A stretch of DNA of 64,000 nt from Octopus sinensis. Taxonomy: Eukaryota. The translations under genes were made by a program, and so were the position numbers. Of this stretch, positions 59,713 through 64,000 are shown piece after piece (position 1 is the stretch's first letter; each line of letters starts with the position of its first letter). The stretch lies in the NCBI RefSeq assembly GCF_006345805.1, contig NC_043006.1, forward strand, positions 93,496,001-93,560,000, written 5' to 3'. A model generated the notes under the pieces. The model did not search any database, had not been told where the DNA came from, and was given only the letters and a program-made list of their open reading frames with translations.

Positions 59713-60037
59713 TTTTTACTTTTTTACTCACGTGATCACGTGACCGACCAGGCTATCAGATGTTGCTACACGTTGCTGGTCACAATGCGCTTCGCATTGT
59801 TTTACTCTTCAAATGACGCCACCCTGCGGGCTAAGTGAGCAGGCCTACAGAAGAAAGAGTGAGAGAAAGTTATGGCGAAAAAGTACAGCAGGGATCGCCA
59901 CCATCCCTTGGCGGAGACTCGTGGAGCTTTAGGTGTTTTCACTCAATAAACACTCACAGCGCCCGGTCTGAGAATTGAAACCACGATCCTACGATGGCGA
60001 GTCCGCTGCTCTAACCACTGGGCCATTGCGCCTCCAC
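59713..60037 (-). mobile_element. SINE family C, tail type ii, just downstream of the MCT stop codon
   Basis: 13-bp TSD aatcggaaatatt (59700-12 / 60038-50); A-rich tail. Confidence 0.9.
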
Positions 60038-60094
60038 AATCGGAAATATTATCGTCTCTAATATATGTGTTTCTGCATGCACAGTGACAGATAT

Positions 60095-60620
60095 ACGAGG
60101 TTGAAAACAGTTATCGCCTAATTCTCGGTTTCCTTCGAAAATTCTACATCAGAAAATTCTACTTCAAAAATTTTTCTTATAAATTTTGTTAAGCCAAGTA
60201 GCGTCTGTTTTCTCTTAAGGAACTTTGCAACAAAAATTTCGTATATTGACACAGAAAAAGGAAAGCATCATCAGATATCACCTCCAGAAACTTTGGAGGA
60301 ATTCACTGTCATATCGACAGACAACGTTGTGACAAGAAACGCCAAACGGAATAAAATCGAAAAGTCACTTCTCCTTCCTAAACGGTGTTAGAGCATCGGA
60401 TAAAACGCATTGCAGTATTTGTGTCAACACTGTGTGCTTGGAGCTCAAACCTGGCAGAGTTCAAAAATGCCTTTCATTCTTTCTGGGTCTATAGCAAAAG
60501 TACGAATCCTAGGCAGAGGAATGGCGAAAATTTATGAACGTGAGACTCGCTATTTTGAAAAAATTGTTCCAGTTATCTACGTTAAAACGTCAAAATTTCA
60601 ACTCGGTCTAACTGGTAAAC
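60095..60620 (+). mobile_element. Possible highly degenerate mariner fragment
   Basis: Starts TACGAGG; weak resemblance of 'YFEKIV...YVK' to the FLKRIVTGDE region. Confidence 0.25.
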
Positions 60621-62062
60621 TTAATTCAATTACACTCATCACATGACATTTTGACAATCTTTAGAGGGGCCGACTGCTTTACAAGCATTCAGGTCAGACC
60701 ACCCTTTCGAAGGATACATTCCTATCATCTTCCCTTCTTCTCGTCACACTTGAAAATCCTGTAAAGGAACTTGAGCACTATTTTCTTTACTGAATAAAAG
60801 GCTTAAAAAGTCACAAAACGTACGCACAAAATATCACATGAATAAAAGAAAATTATGAAGATCAAAATGCATAATATTTTATTGTTCTAACACAATAGAC
60901 TTTACATATCATTAAGTATACTAAACATTACAATTAAAATTGTTGCAGCATTTTAATACCAGATAAGTATTAATACCAGATAAGCCATATTTCTCTGAAC
61001 CAAATATGGCTTCCTCGTAAATTTATTGTGCTTCCTCTTGTCATATTATCGCTGAGAAAAATTTAAATAACACAGTGAAAAGCAACAAACACTGGCTCGT
61101 GAGCTTAGTAACATCTGCTATTTTAATTTTTGTTATTTTTGTTATTTTCGTTTGTTATTTTTTTCAGTACCGTTAAGTAAATAAACTGTGTGCTGCAGCA
61201 ACTTGAATCTAAGTGCTTTGCTCAAGGATATATCGCAATGCTCTGTTGGATATTGAACACATTTCCTTATGTTAATGAGATGAACAGCCTTTACCGATGA
61301 GCCACGCACCTTTATGACATATAAATAAGTCAACTAGATCGCTGCAAGAGATTCTGTCTGTTACTAATGCATGTTTCCTTGAGAAAATACCGGAACACGA
61401 CGGTTCTTTGATTGTTGTTAAGTTGCGATAGCCATGACGAAGTTTATGAAGTTTCGTTTTACGTATTTTAAAAAGAGTATTTATAGATTAGGATTATCAC
61501 TAAATCTAGTGACTCTAGCAGTGCCACAGCCTTTAAATATATTTGCTAGAAATCGTATTAATAGCCAGATGGATTGAAGAAGATTTGTACGCTCTCCAGC
61601 ATGTAATATACTGAGTTGAAAAACTTCGATCGCAAGACATTATCCTAGCAATTACGAGACAAAAATTTCACTAGAGCGTCTTAAAAATCTACAAGGAGTA
61701 TGTAAATGAAATAATCAGTTGATCAAATTTGATATGAAATAAAGATTGCAGTGGCTTTGATCTTTAAAGCAAGCTGATAAAAGAGACTGACAAGATTCGC
61801 ATTTCTCAAAGCTCTTCAGCGAACCGTATTCTCCTCCGTTGACACGACCAAGACTAATCAACACCCACGCGCGCGCACTATCAATTTACTTGGTAACCTC
61901 TAACTCAAAATCGGTTATTGTGTTGTGGTATTGTGCACAGCACTTTAAATGAGAACTCATATGCCACTATTGCCTTAATAAACCGCCCCAGCAACGATAA
62001 AGTGTAAAGTTGCTATCCGGTCATCTTCAAAGACATATATATATATATATGTGTGTGTGCGC

Positions 62063-62108
<46 letters not shown>

Positions 62109-62132
62109 ATATATATATATATGTATATATTT

Positions 62133-62201
<69 letters not shown>

Positions 62202-62275
62202 ATGTATGTATATATATATATATATAGATAGATATATATTACATATATATGTGTATATATATATACATATATATG

Positions 62276-62306
<31 letters not shown>

Positions 62307-63302
62307 GTATATATATATATAGATATATAATATATATATAGAGAGAGAGAGAGAGATGTATGTATGTATGTGTATATATATATATATACACATATTTATA
62401 CACACACACACACATATAAATACATATAGACATATATTATAATCTATAATGTGTTGGTGGTCGTGTACGTGCCTGTGGGTGGGTGTGCGTGCGTGCTTGT
62501 GTGTGTGTGTGTAAATGTATATCTATACTTGTGTATGTGTATATGTGTGTACGTATTATGAAAAGAGGGCGGGTACTGGATTTCAGCTGACTTGGAATAT
62601 AGTAATAGAACCGAGTTGAAATATCCCAGGGAGGCTATCTACAAGTAGACGAACAAATGTAATCCGAGTAGTTTGATGTTTGGTAGACGTATGTCCTAGA
62701 AATATAAGCACAAATTTTTTAAAAAAACAGAAACTTTTATATTTTAACGTAGAATAAATGAGAACTACGATGTGTTTTTTTTTTCTAAAGTTATTTGGGA
62801 TGTAAGTTAAGGAAAAACTGTTTCAGCCTCCAATAAAACGTAAATTGGAGTTGAAACCGGTTTGGAGCTTGTCTCATCACATACTGTACTTTCTTGTAAT
62901 TGCTTCAAGGATGGGAGGAAAACAAAAAGAGAACTACGGTTGCGTCTTTATCATCGTACTTGCTGACGGAATTAGTAGTTATTGATTAATGTATTCTAAG
63001 CTCATAGGAATAAGACCAATGAGATACAGCAGAAGTGGTCACGTGAATTAATAAATCATTTTTTAAAATACAAAAACAGAAGTTAACACCATTTGTCAAA
63101 AGAGAAAGCAGGAAACTCAACGTTGAATGCCAGTAAAAGGGAAATGTATGCAATGTTATGTTTCAAAGGACGGGCATGAAAGGTAGAACCAACTGACCAA
63201 GTAAAAAAGGACAGCTCAGAGCTGGCTTCCGATAAAGAGTAGAGAAATCAGAACTATCGACCAAACGGACAGTGAAATATGTCATCCCTATCCACAGAAG
63301 TG

Positions 63303-63600
63303 TGAAAGCACATGGCCTAGTGGTTAGAGCAGCGGACTCACGATCGAGGGATCGCAGGTTCGAATCTCATACCGGACGATGTGTGTTTATGAGCGAAACA
63401 CCTAAGTTCCACGCGACTCCGTCAGAAGGTAATGGCGAACTTCTGCTGACTCTTTCGCCACAACCTTCTCTCACTCTTTCCTCCTGCATCTTGCAGCTCA
63501 CCTGCGACGGACTAGCGTCCCGTCAAGGCGGGGAACCTATACGCCAAGGAAACCGGGAAACCGGCCCTATCAGCCAGATATGGCTTGAGAAGGAGCAAAA
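63303..63600 (+). mobile_element. SINE family C, tail type iii
   Basis: A/B boxes and the shared body up to ctctttcc, then a distinct tail cctgcgacggactagcgtccc...gaaaccggg. Confidence 0.85.
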
Positions 63601-64000
63601 AATCCACAGAAGTGCGAGCGCGTGGCACCAGCATGGTCCTGTAATTAAGCAGGTCACTTCATAGCAGAAAGATTCAAGTTCAATACTACTGCGTGTTACC
63701 AGGGGCCAAGTTTCTCTGCCATATCCTCAGACTGATATTCGGCTTAACAAAGACACTTGCCGTTTCTCTTCCCATAAATAACAGCCAAATCTTTCTCTTG
63801 ATTTACACATGATCATTTTCCGGAAACGAAAAAAGAGGGCACGCGTTTGTAATATTGTCTGAAGTAAATATCGTTTAAATAGATACATAAAGAACTTTCA
63901 AACTTCTTGAAATCATACACTAACATCTTCAAGAAACCATGCACACATTGCATAATATATTCCTGGGTAAATGAGGTCAGAAATAGAAATTTGGATTGGA

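Overview
Eukaryotic, very microsatellite-rich DNA. It is most likely octopus, inferred from the SINE and microsatellite landscape rather than from a database hit. There is one protein-coding gene: a 5-exon, + strand, 468-aa SLC16/MCT-family transporter (41133-59582, all GT-AG introns, phases consistent). The rest is repeats: a 5'-truncated Neptune-type Penelope-like element (PLE; RT + GIY-YIG), a near full-length DD34D mariner, RTE and CR1/L2 LINE fragments, a short Helitron, several tRNA-derived SINE families and large simple-repeat tracts. The most striking unexplained signal is a set of short units inserted into (TA)n tracts that carry hammerhead-ribozyme (HHR) folds from at least three sequence families, with degenerate traces of two more. 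These include a G3-C8 compensatory-core hammerhead, four identical copies of a complete type I hammerhead, back-to-back ribozyme palindromes inside intron 3 of the transporter gene, and a PLE 3' end containing a tRNA-like Pol III promoter. All RNA structures were folded by eye; none is computed or experimentally tested.
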